A stretch of DNA of 32,000 nt from Candidatus Electrothrix sp. GW3-4 (lineage in GTDB: Bacteria > Desulfobacterota > Desulfobulbia > Desulfobulbales > Desulfobulbaceae), in NCBI RefSeq assembly GCF_037902255.1, contig NZ_CP147990.1:990001-1022000 (forward strand). Direction: 5' to 3'. Shown one piece after another: positions 6,424 through 15,755 of the stretch. The position numbers and the translations under genes are program-made. Each line of letters starts with the position of its first letter. The first letter of the stretch is position 1. Below the pieces are notes generated by a model. The model was not told where the DNA came from and made no database searches. It saw only the letters and a list, made by a program, of their open reading frames with translations.

Positions 6424-6653
6424 TGGGCTTTTTTCAGGAGCTGGGGCACAAGATTAGCCATGCCTTTGCCGTGGCCACGGATTGGTTGCTGATTGGAATG
6501 GGGGTGTTGTTGATACTGATTGCCCTGGTCAAGATTGATGTGGTGCTTGCCCGCTACGTGGTTATTGCGGGCGGGCTGCTCCTGAGCGGGTTTGGCTTGT
6601 GGTTCCGTTGGCGGAGGTTGCGGAAGGAGGAGGCTTCCAGTGAGGTGGAGTAG
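6423..6653 (+). CDS. Small two-TM membrane protein (76 aa), translationally coupled to the TusA-like gene
   Basis: The ATG overlaps the upstream TGA (TGATG). There are two hydrophobic helices (LLIGMGVLLILIALV and VVIAGGLLLSGFGLWF) followed by a basic tail, RWRRLRKEE. Confidence 0.65.
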   Translation: MGFFQELGHKISHAFAVATDWLLIGMGVLLILIALVKIDVVLARYVVIAGGLLLSGFGLWFRWRRLRKEEASSEVE

Positions 6654-6841
6654 GGTTCTTCGGGGTGTTACCCCGGGCTGATAACTATACGTCCTTCAGG
6701 CGGTGGGTGGTCCGAGGATGTATGGGGAAAAATAGACAGGCCTTTTCACTCAAAAAGCGTGGGCTTTCCCATACCCCAACGGGGTTATATCTATCAGCTC
6801 AGGGTAATTCCCTGGGCACTGGGTTCAATTCTGGAAAAGAA

Positions 6842-7474
6842 TCAACACCCCTTGCCAATCATCTCTTTCACGTAGGCCTGATATAAAGGACTGGACGAGG
6901 TGTAGGGCCAGCCCGGCCAATCGTTCTTGCCGGAATAGACCGTGGAGCCTGTCAGGCCATCCTGGGAGGGCAGGTTCTCGAAATGCACCCAGACCCGGAA
7001 ACGGCCAGCCCGGTGCATGGACTCTGCGGTCTTAATAATGGCGATAATGGCCAGCTTGGCCCTGTCCGCAACCTTCTGCCGTGCTTCTGTTGCATCACCC
7101 AACTCCGCTGCCAGTGGTCCCAGATCCAGGGTAAAGGAGTAATCATAGACCCCGTTTTCGTTATAGCGATCAAAGCTGAGGTCCCAGGCAATCCCGGCCG
7201 TGCTGTCTGCCAGCAGGTTGATATTCTTCCACTCGCTTTCCATACCCAGGCGCTGGTGCAGGGTCCTGGTGGGCGAAAAGATGCCGGTCATCATGGAGGC
7301 CAGGGGGATCCCGAACTCCGCCTCCATAACCTGCTTTTGCAGGCAGATCTCCTCGCTCTGGAGGCGCTGATAGGGGATGTAGAACTCTGCATATTCCGAG
7401 ACCGTGGCCTGGGCAGTCTGGCTACTGGCCAAAAAAAGGGCTGCGAAGAAAAAACGGTGGATGTGCTGCTTCAT
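6842..7474 (-). CDS. Secreted protein of unknown function (211 aa)
   Basis: I take the internal ATG at 7474, which has AGGAGGAG 6 nt upstream. The signal peptide is MKQHIHRFFFAALFLASSQTAQA. I recognise no family. Confidence 0.65.
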   Translation of the reverse strand: MKQHIHRFFFAALFLASSQTAQATVSEYAEFYIPYQRLQSEEICLQKQVMEAEFGIPLASMMTGIFSPTRTLHQRLGMESEWKNINLLADSTAGIAWDLSFDRYNENGVYDYSFTLDLGPLAAELGDATEARQKVADRAKLAIIAIIKTAESMHRAGRFRVWVHFENLPSQDGLTGSTVYSGKNDWPGWPYTSSSPLYQAYVKEMIGKGC

Positions 7475-7855
7475 ACCTATCTCCTCCTGAAATGTGTCGT
7501 GAAAAAAGGGTAAAATGCCGATACAACAAATCGTTATCAAAGGATATACTCAATCGGTACAGGAAACGCACGCAGAAAAGGAAGGGGAATGTTGAGAAGC
7601 TGGGACCTCGCCTTTCAAAGGGCTCATCAAGAAGCTGAGGTGCTGGAAGAGGTGGTGAAAAAGAGGGATGCATCTCTCTTTTTCTGGTGTAGAATGAAAA
7701 AAATGCATTTTTTTGCCTGCGCAGGGTGAAGAAATTCGCATTTTACTTGACATCAAATTAGTTCCTTGGTAATTGACATAACGTTTTCAATATTCATGCG
7801 GTTGCAGCATAGCTGTGTGAGTGTTGAAGCTGGAAAACAGCACGCAAAAACTTGC

Positions 7856-7930
7856 AGGCGCGTAGCTCAGTGGGAGAGCGCTACCTTGACATGGTAGAAG
7901 TCGGCGGTTCGAAACCGCCCGTGCCTACCA
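7856..7930 (+). tRNA. tRNA-Val (anticodon GAC)
   Basis: I folded a 75-nt cloverleaf by hand. The acceptor stem is AGGCGCG/CGTGCCT, the D arm is GCTC-AGTGGGA-GAGC, and the anticodon arm is CTACC-TTGACAT-GGTAG. The T arm is GGCGG-TTCGAAA-CCGCC, with discriminator A and an encoded CCA. Confidence 0.95.
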
Positions 7931-7937
7931 ATTTACA

Positions 7938-7990
7938 GAAAGGCTAAGGGTCGGCGAGAATATCACCGGCTTATTAGCCTTTCCTTTTTT
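7938..7990 (+). terminator. Intrinsic terminator after tRNA-Val
   Basis: GAAAGGCTAA (7938-7947) pairs with TTAGCCTTTC (7974-7983) around an internally paired loop. CTTTTTT follows the stem. Confidence 0.6.
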
Positions 7991-8025
7991 ATATTTTTAT
8001 TCAGCAGGCTTTCTTGGCAGATAGC

Positions 8026-9960
8026 ATGACCGATATATCCATATCCATACCCGGAGAAGAAGCCAAAACGGTTGCCGCAGGCATCTCGGCACAGGAGGCG
8101 TTAAAAGAACTGCTCTCCAAAAAACAGCGAAAACAGGCGGTGGCCGTGCTCTGTAACGGAGAAGCGACAGATCTGTCCACGCCCTTATCGACTGATACCG
8201 TTATGGAGCCTATCCTGGCTTCCTCCGAGGAAGGAGCGCATATTCTTCGCCATTCCACAGCTCATATTATGGCCCAGGCCGTGAAAGAGCTCTTTGGTCA
8301 GGATGTAAAGGTGGCTATCGGGCCAGCTATCGAAGACGGCTATTATTACGATTTTGATCGTGCGACGGCCTTTACCCCGGATGATTTTGTTGCCATTGAG
8401 GAACGAATGGCCGAAATCGTTCAGGCACGTCTGCCCTTTGCTCGGCGCGAGCTGCCCCTGACAGAGGCGATAGTGTTTTTTGCTGAACAGGGAGAGGAGT
8501 ACAAGGTCGAGCTGCTTAAGGATTTGGAAAAAGAGGGGGAGGAGAGGGTCTCTCTCTATCAGCAGGGGGATTTTATTGATCTCTGTCGGGGACCCCATAT
8601 TCCGGATACCTCCTGGCTGAAGAGCTTTAAGCTGCTGCGGGTGGCTGGCTCCTATTGGCGCGGGGATGAACGTAATCCCATGCTGACCAGGATCTACGGC
8701 ACCGCCTTTTTTGATAAAAAGGAGCTGAAGAAATATCTCAATCGTCTCGAAGAGGCAAAGAAACGCGATCATCGTAAGCTGGGGAAACAGCTCGGTCTGT
8801 TCACGATTCAGGATGAGGTCGGCCCAGGCCTGATTCTTTGGCAGCCTCGGGGCGCCCTGTTGCGCAAGCTCATTGAAGATTATTGGAAGGATGCCCATTA
8901 CAAAAATGGGTATGAGCTGCTCTATACCCCGCATATTGCCCGTCAGGATCTCTGGAAGACCTCTGGTCATCTTGACTTCTACGGCGAGAATATGTACTCG
9001 GCTATGGAGATTGATGAGGTCGCCTATCAACTCAAGCCGATGAATTGCCCCTTTCATATTGGGGTCTATAACGCAACAAAGCATAGCTATCGGGAGTTTC
9101 CTGTCCGTTGGTGCGAACTGGGGACCGTCTATCGTTACGAACGTACCGGTGCCCTGCATGGCCTGATGCGGGTACGTGGCTTTACCCAGGACGATGCCCA
9201 TATCTTTTGTCGACCTGATCAGCTTGAGGAAGAGATCTTTAATATTATTGATCTTAACCTCCAGGTGCTCAAGACCTTTGGTTTTGCCGATTATGATGTC
9301 TATCTGTCCACCAGGCCGGAGAAGTACGTTGGGAGCGACGAACACTGGGAACTCTCTACCAAGGCCCTGCAGTCTGCTATGGATAAAAAAGGCCTTGCCT
9401 ATGCAATAGATCCGGGTGAAGGGGTTTTTTACGGGCCAAAGATTGATATCAAGATCAAGGACCAGCTGGGGCGCTCCTGGCAATGTTCCACCATTCAGGT
9501 TGATTTTAATCTGCCTGAGCGTTTTGGTATGACCTATACTGGTCAGGACGGGGCAGAGCATCAGCCGATCATGATCCATCGTGCTTTGATGGGATCCCTT
9601 GAGCGTTTTATCGGCGTCCTGATTGAACATTACGCTGGCGCTTTTCCGCTCTGGATGGCCCCGGAGCAGGCAAGAATTTTAAATATAACAGATAGCCAGG
9701 CTGAGTATTGCTCCCGGATTCATGGGGAGCTACGGAAAGCGGGCGTTCGGGTTGAGCAGGATCTGCGGAATGAGAAACTTAATTATAAGATCCGGGAAGC
9801 CCAGATGATGAAGACGCCGTATATGCTGATTATTGGTGATCGGGAAATGGAAGAAGGTACCGTAACAGTACGTAAGCGCAACGGAGATAACCTGCCTCCC
9901 ATGACTTCGCAAGAGTTTGCGGACTTGGTGAGAAAGGAGTGCGAACAGGGGATGGCCTGA
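8026..9960 (+). CDS. thrS: Threonine--tRNA ligase
   Basis: The protein has a TGS-like N-terminus, class II synthetase motifs (e.g. FTQDDAHIFC, GALHGLMRVRGF) and a C-terminal anticodon-binding domain. The ATG at 8026 is preferred over the TTG at 8014, but neither has a clear SD. Confidence 0.95.
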   Translation: MTDISISIPGEEAKTVAAGISAQEALKELLSKKQRKQAVAVLCNGEATDLSTPLSTDTVMEPILASSEEGAHILRHSTAHIMAQAVKELFGQDVKVAIGPAIEDGYYYDFDRATAFTPDDFVAIEERMAEIVQARLPFARRELPLTEAIVFFAEQGEEYKVELLKDLEKEGEERVSLYQQGDFIDLCRGPHIPDTSWLKSFKLLRVAGSYWRGDERNPMLTRIYGTAFFDKKELKKYLNRLEEAKKRDHRKLGKQLGLFTIQDEVGPGLILWQPRGALLRKLIEDYWKDAHYKNGYELLYTPHIARQDLWKTSGHLDFYGENMYSAMEIDEVAYQLKPMNCPFHIGVYNATKHSYREFPVRWCELGTVYRYERTGALHGLMRVRGFTQDDAHIFCRPDQLEEEIFNIIDLNLQVLKTFGFADYDVYLSTRPEKYVGSDEHWELSTKALQSAMDKKGLAYAIDPGEGVFYGPKIDIKIKDQLGRSWQCSTIQVDFNLPERFGMTYTGQDGAEHQPIMIHRALMGSLERFIGVLIEHYAGAFPLWMAPEQARILNITDSQAEYCSRIHGELRKAGVRVEQDLRNEKLNYKIREAQMMKTPYMLIIGDREMEEGTVTVRKRNGDNLPPMTSQEFADLVRKECEQGMA

Positions 9961-10000
9961 CAGGCTGTATAGGTATTGGATTAATCAGGAGGATCCGAAC

Positions 10001-10546
10001 ATTAAACGAAGAGGCAGAAAACTTCCGCAGAAGCAAGAGATTAAGGTTAAGGTCAATGAGGCAATTCGCTACCCGGAAGTCCGATTAATCGGGGCTGAAG
10101 GCGAACAGATTGGTGTTGTTTCCACAGCAAAGGCTCGCCAGCTTGCTGAGGACGTAGGACTTGATCTGGTTGAGGTCTCGGATAAGGCTAAGCCTCCGGT
10201 TTGTCGAATAATGAACTTTGACAAATATCGGTACGAGCTGAAGAAAAAGCAGCAGGAAGCAAAGAAAAAGCAGACGGTTATTGAAACAAAAGAGATTAAG
10301 TTTCGTCCCAAGACTGAAGAACATGACCTGAATTTTAAGATCAAGAAGATAAAGAAATTTCTTGAGAAGAAAAATAAGGTCAAAGTAACCATGCAGTTTC
10401 GCGGTCGGGAAATTATCTATGCTCAATCCGTCGGCCTTGAGGCAATTCGCAAGATTGCCGATACCTTGCGTGAAGATTGTGTTATTCTGCAGGAACCAAA
10501 AATGGAAGGACGGCAGCTTATTATGTTTGTCGGTCCGAAAACCTGA
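10001..10546 (+). CDS. infC: Translation initiation factor IF-3, initiating at ATT
   Basis: The ORF-track fragment (10211..) lacks the N-domain. The frame is open back to ATT 10001, which is preceded by AGGAGGA (9987-9993) with a 7-nt spacer. The upstream translation IKRRGRKLPQKQEIKVKVNEAIRYPEVRLIGAEGEQIGVVSTAKARQLAEDVGLDLVEVS matches the IF3 N-terminal domain. Confidence 0.9.
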   Translation: MKRRGRKLPQKQEIKVKVNEAIRYPEVRLIGAEGEQIGVVSTAKARQLAEDVGLDLVEVSDKAKPPVCRIMNFDKYRYELKKKQQEAKKKQTVIETKEIKFRPKTEEHDLNFKIKKIKKFLEKKNKVKVTMQFRGREIIYAQSVGLEAIRKIADTLREDCVILQEPKMEGRQLIMFVGPKT

Positions 10547-10641
10547 TCAACGACCTGATTAATCGCAGAACGATTGCAATAAGTATAAACCTAATGAGCC
10601 TCTGAGATCTTTTCAGGCTCTTGAACCACAAGGAACGTATC

Positions 10642-10839
10642 ATGCCAAAGATGAAAACCAACCGGGGGGCGGCCAAACGTTTTAAGGCAACCGGTTCCGG
10701 TAAGATTCGGAGAAGTAAGGCCTTTACTTCACACATTCTGACAAGCAAATCCTCCAAGCGGAAACGTAATCTGCGCCAGAGCGGATTGATTGATACCGCC
10801 GACTGCAAGGCGGTCAAGCGTATGCTTCCCTACCTCTAG
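10642..10839 (+). CDS. rpmI: 50S ribosomal protein L35
   Basis: The protein begins [30 protein letters not shown] lies 6 nt upstream of ATG 10642. Confidence 0.95.
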   Translation: MPKMKTNRGAAKRFKATGSGKIRRSKAFTSHILTSKSSKRKRNLRQSGLIDTADCKAVKRMLPYL

Positions 10840-10922
10840 TGAGAGGGGACGACCGTTCTTCCGGTCGGAGATGCGTTGGAAAATGATTATTTAGTAATTT
10901 TTGTACTATATGGAGTGTAAGG

Positions 10923-11282
10923 ATGCCACGCGTAACACGCGGGTTTAAGGCCCGCCGGAGAAGAAATAAAGTTTTAAAATTAGCCAAGGGGTATCGGGGG
11001 GGGCGGAGTCGTCTCTACCGCACAGCGACTGAAGCGGTTGATCGTGCGCTGTGTTACGCCTATCGGGACAGAAGAACCAATAAGCGTAATTTTCGTCGTC
11101 TCTGGATCGCTCGTATCAATGCAGCTGCACAGATGAACGACACCAGCTACAGCAAGTTGATTCACGCATTAAATCAGGCAGGAATTGAGCTTGACCGTAA
11201 GGTGCTGTCCAATCTTGCTATTGTTGACCCCAACGCCTTTACCGAGGTCGTCAAAGCCGCTGGTCTTGAGGCCACTGCCTGA
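10923..11282 (+). CDS. rplT: 50S ribosomal protein L20
   Basis: The protein begins [26 protein letters not shown] and continues with the conserved L20 sequence. Confidence 0.95.
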   Translation: MPRVTRGFKARRRRNKVLKLAKGYRGGRSRLYRTATEAVDRALCYAYRDRRTNKRNFRRLWIARINAAAQMNDTSYSKLIHALNQAGIELDRKVLSNLAIVDPNAFTEVVKAAGLEATA

Positions 11283-11304
11283 TACCTAAGAGAAGAAGTC
11301 AACA

Positions 11305-12315
11305 ATGGAAAACAGACTGCAAAGCCTGAAAGCCGAAGCTGTCGAGGCCTTGTCTGCCATCACTGGCCAGCAGAGCTTAGAGGAGTTCCGGGTGACATTT
11401 CTTGGGCGGAAAGGCCTTCTTTCATCGGTGATGAAGGAGTTGAGCCAGGCCCCCAAGGAAGACCGACCCCGTCTAGGTCAGCTTGCCAATACGGTGAAGA
11501 AAGAGGTGGAAACACTCTTTCTGGAGAAAAAGGAAGAGATCGCAGCGGCAGAGCAGGCCCATGCGACTGACGCTGTTGATCTCAGCCTGCCTGGCCGCTT
11601 TCTTCCTGCGGGTAAGCTGCATCCTGTCACCCAGGTGATGGAGGATATCTGCTCTGTCTTTGAAGGAATGGGCTTTGCTGTTGCTGAAGGGCCAGATGTT
11701 GAAACCGATTATTACAACTTCGAGGCCCTGAATATCCCCAAGCATCATCCTGCCAGGGATATGCATGACACCTTTTATGTGTCTGACTCGCTGCTGCTCC
11801 GGACCCATACCTCGCCCATGCAGGCCAGGATTATGGAAAATCAGGCCCCACCTCTCCGTTATATTGCTCCGGGCAAGGTCTATCGCTGTGATTCCGATGT
11901 CACCCATACGCCTATGTTTATGCAGGTCGAAGGCTTTATGGTCGACCGCCAGGTCTCCTTTGCAGACCTTAAGGGCGTGCTCACCACCTCGCTGCATCGG
12001 ATATTTAACGATGATCTCCCCCTTCGTTTTCGTCCCAGCTTTTTCCCGTTTACCGAGCCCAGTGCTGAGGTCGACATAGCCTGTGTGATATGTAAAGGGG
12101 CAGGCTGCAGGGTCTGTAAACGAACCGGCTGGATCGAAATTCTCGGGGCAGGCCTGATTGATCCTGAAGTTATGAAGATGGTTGGTTATGATCCCGACGA
12201 ATTCTCTGGTTTTGCCTTTGGTCTCGGGGTAGAGCGTATAGCTATGCTGAAATACGGTATTGATGATATTCGCCTCTACTATGAAAACGATCTTCGCTTT
12301 CTCCATCAGTTTTAG
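11305..12315 (+). CDS. pheS: Phenylalanine--tRNA ligase alpha subunit
   Basis: The 336-aa protein carries class II motifs ([41 protein letters not shown]). Confidence 0.95.
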   Translation: MENRLQSLKAEAVEALSAITGQQSLEEFRVTFLGRKGLLSSVMKELSQAPKEDRPRLGQLANTVKKEVETLFLEKKEEIAAAEQAHATDAVDLSLPGRFLPAGKLHPVTQVMEDICSVFEGMGFAVAEGPDVETDYYNFEALNIPKHHPARDMHDTFYVSDSLLLRTHTSPMQARIMENQAPPLRYIAPGKVYRCDSDVTHTPMFMQVEGFMVDRQVSFADLKGVLTTSLHRIFNDDLPLRFRPSFFPFTEPSAEVDIACVICKGAGCRVCKRTGWIEILGAGLIDPEVMKMVGYDPDEFSGFAFGLGVERIAMLKYGIDDIRLYYENDLRFLHQF

Positions 12316-12419
12316 TCCTTCCAACGCACAACCGGGCGAGATTGTTCTCTATCGACCTTCCCTGCCGTTACAAAAAACGTTATAGCACGATAAAACGACG
12401 TACGAACTCATAGACACCC

Positions 12420-14872
12420 ATGAAATTCACCCTCAGCTGGCTTGGTAATTATATCTCTCTTGACGGTCTGACTCCTGATCAGCTGGCAGAACGCCTGACC
12501 ATGCTTGGCCTGGAAGTTGATGCGGTAGAGGAACTCTATGTTGGCCTTGACGCCATTCAAACGGCAAAGGTCCTTTCTGTTCAAAAACATCCTAATGCCG
12601 ATCGACTCAGCCTCTGTGAGGTGGAGATCGGTGACGAAACAGTACCTATTGTCTGTGGAGCGAGCAATGTCCGGCCTGGCCTGATAACGGCCATTGCCCG
12701 CCCCGGTGTGAAATTACCTGGCGGGATGAAGATCAAAAAGGCCAAGGTGCGGGGCGAGGTCTCTTTGGGCATGCTCTGCTCCTGGCGAGAGCTGGGCATA
12801 GGCGAGGAACATACCGGTATCATCGAATTGGACTCCGGGCTGGCCTCTGGTCAGTCCCTGGCCGAGGTACTGGCGCTCTCTGACACCATGATTGAGATTG
12901 ATCTCACCCCTAATCGCCCGGACTGTACTGCTGTGCTCGGCATTGCCCGTGAGGTGGCTGGCTTCACCGAGCAAAAGGTGGCTGCGCCAATATCGTCTTT
13001 GCCTGCGCTTGGAGATTCGACTCCCGAGTTTACGGTCAAGATCAGCGAGCCGGAACTCTGCCCCCGCTATGCTGCCCGTAAATTGACCAATGTGACGATC
13101 AAACCCTCTCCCTGGTGGCTGCAACGACAGCTCTTGGCAGTGGGGATGCGGCCAATCAATAACATCGTCGATATTACCAACTTTGTGATGCTGGAGTATG
13201 GACAGCCCCTCCATGCCTTTGATTTTCAGCATCTTGCTGGTAAGACCATTGAGGTCCGTTGTCCTCGAGCTGATGAGAGCATCTTTACCACTCTGGATAA
13301 TACTGAGCGCAAGATAGATCCTGCAATGCTCATGATCTGTGATGCCGAGCAGCCTGTTGCCGTGGCTGGCGTTATGGGGGGCTTCATTCCGAGGTGAGTG
13401 AGGAGACCACAGAGATCCTCCTGGAGTCTGCCTGTTTTGATCCGGTTTCTGTCCGTCGGACTGCCCGTAATCTCAACCTCTCCACCGAGGCCTCGTACCG
13501 TTTTGAGCGCGGCGTGAACCCGGACGGGGTGACCGAGGCCATGGAGCGGGCTGTGCAGCTCATCTGTGAGCTGGCCGATGCCCAGGTAGAGGGGGGCGTA
13601 GACCACTATCCAGGGAAAAAAGAGCTGCTGCAACTTGATCTGCGGGTTGAGCGGGTCAACACCTTGCTTGGCATTGATCTGACCAGCCAGCAGGTTGCGG
13701 AATACCTGCGCGGTATTGATTTTAGCGTGGCCGATGAAGACAGCGCAATCTTAGCGGTGACTGTGCCACCTTTTCGGGTCGATATTGAGCGTGAGGTTGA
13801 TCTGGTGGAAGAGCTGGCTCGCCTGGAGGGCTATAACGAGATTCCAACGGCGCGCCCGGATATTGCCATGGATTATCCCCAGCGGGATGGTATGCGTCGA
13901 CTCAGACAAGAGACCGCAACTGTTTTTACGGGATCTGGTTTTTACGAGGCAATTAATTACTCCTTTGTTGCAGAAAAGCATTATGATCTGCTCGGGCTCA
14001 GTGACGACGATCCCCGAAGACGATGCGTGCGTCTGCTTAATCCGTTGACAGAGGATCAGGCCGTGATGCGGACCATGCTCCTGCCTGGCATCCTGGAGAA
14101 TATTCGCCGCAATATCAACTTTCAACAAACTGATATTCGTCTTTTTGAGATAGGCAAGGTGTTTGCCCTGCTGGATCCGGCTCAGCAACCGGAAGAGCGC
14201 TATCAGCTTTGTGCCGTTGTTAGTGGGGCTCGTTATCCAGCCTCCTCGCCGCTCTATTTTTCCGAGGAGCAGGCTGATATCTATGACATCAAGGGGGCTG
14301 TTCAACGCCTTTTGCAGACCTTGCGGCTCCAGGGGAAATCAGGGGATATCCTATTTCAGGCTGTTGAAGGCGCAGGTGATGCGTCAGGGGAGAACTATGC
14401 AGATGCCGCTTGTTCCCTCCGCATCATGGATGGTGCGGAGCAACTGGGCCTGATCGCTAAGCTGAGCAAGAAGGCAGCCCAAGGGTTTTCCATCAAGCAG
14501 GATGTCTTTTTTGTTGAGCTGGCATTGGATGCCCTGTTGGATCTGCCAAGAATTGAGAAGGCTTTCAATCCCTTGCCTCGTTATCCCTCTGTCAGGCGTG
14601 ATATTGCCTTGCTGGTGCCGGAAAGCGCGGCTGCCGGAGATCTCTTGCAGGAAATACGAGCACATAAGAAACAGCATGTTGTTTATGCGGATATATTTGA
14701 TGTCTACAGCGGTCAGCCCATTGATGAGGGTATGAAAAGCGTCGCCTTGACTGTTACCTATCGATCCGATGAAAGGACCTTGGATGATGCAACAGTTGAC
14801 GGCTTTCACGAAAAAATAGTAAATGCACTGATGACTCGCTTCGGCGGTCGCTATCGGGAAGGAAAAGAGTAA
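12420..14872 (+). CDS. pheT: Phenylalanine--tRNA ligase beta subunit, reading frame broken by an apparent 1-nt deletion in a G6 run (13376-13381)
   Basis: ORFs 12420..13397 and 13394..14872 together total about 817 aa of PheT. The upstream frame reads ...VAGVMGGFIPR*. The frame shifted by one reads GGLHSEVSEETTEILLESACFDP, which is the conserved continuation. Confidence 0.9.
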
Positions 14873-15205
14873 ATGAAAAAAGAAACAAAGAAAAAAACAA
14901 GTAGCGAATCCAATGGAACAAAGGGCAACGTCACCCGGAAAGAGCTGGCTGTTGCTATTAATAAAGAACTTGATATGTCTCAGCGTAATTCCGCAGAGCT
15001 TGTTGATACGATCTTTGCCTCGATGAAAGAGACCTTGGTCAGTGGCGAGTCGCTGAAGCTGGTGCAGTTCGGGACCCTGACCGTGCGTGATAAGTCACCT
15101 CGTCGTGGCCGCAATCCTCGCACTGGTGAGTCCATGATGATCACCAAGAGGAAGATGGTCTCCTTCCGACCCTCCAAACGCCTGCGTGAGCTGCTGAATC
15201 AGTAA
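14873..15205 (+). CDS. ihfA: Integration host factor alpha subunit with a basic N-terminal extension
   Basis: FGTLTVRDKSPRRGRNPRTGESMMITKRKMVSFRPSKRL matches the IHF/HU arm. The position after pheST is the same as in E. coli. About 20 aa of Lys/Ser-rich extension (MKKETKKKTSSESNGTKGN) precede the core. Confidence 0.85.
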   Translation: MKKETKKKTSSESNGTKGNVTRKELAVAINKELDMSQRNSAELVDTIFASMKETLVSGESLKLVQFGTLTVRDKSPRRGRNPRTGESMMITKRKMVSFRPSKRLRELLNQ

Positions 15206-15755
15206 GCAGTACGTCACATTTGCCGAAAAAACTGCTCCGTCCTCTAGGGCGGGGTAGTTTGACGTTCTCATCCTTTCTCAGTTTTCCTGCTGTATCCAGC
15301 CGTTTTCTTCTCTTTCGTATCTCTCAAGGAATACCCCTTCGCCACAGCGTACCTCCCGGTGGAGAGAGCAAATCAAAACGAAAATAAGCTCTCAATTTTG
15401 TGTTTCTTCTTGTTTTTGCATTTCTTCATATTGTTCTTGGCGCGGGACTCTTTCACTCAAATATTGCACAAAAACAAAAAGAGCAGCTGGTCAACGTATT
15501 GATATAGATGCCAATGTTGATGACTTATCCCTGGAAAAATAACGCAAGTCGTTTGGGGCAACCAGGAATCATTACTTTACCCAAGACAATAACTTCATTC
15601 TTACCAAGGTGGCAATTCCGTTGTTAATGAGAAAAATTGAACTTTGCAAATGCTGAAAATTGATTATACTTCGGCCTGTCGTGCGAGAGGTCGGCTTGAC
15701 ATCAGGCAAAGAAAACTCGAAAATAAGTTAATTTTATATATCATTGGAGAGTATT

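Noticed and set aside
6665-6886. 73-aa ORF between the 2-TM gene and the convergent secreted-protein gene
   Set aside because: It overlaps the 3' end of the minus-strand gene, has no SD, and the region is better explained by small hairpins (6661-6675 and others) in a convergent intergenic spacer.
8185-9630. 481-aa ORF antisense to thrS. Similar long antisense ORFs occur at 4438..5157 (leuA), 11473..12324 (pheS), 16316..16864 (uppS), 17728..18528 (cdsA/dxr), 18972..19703 (dxr/REC) and 20227..21135 (transporter)
   Set aside because: These are shadow ORFs opposite strongly supported conserved genes. The sequences are compositionally odd, without recognisable motifs or RBSs.
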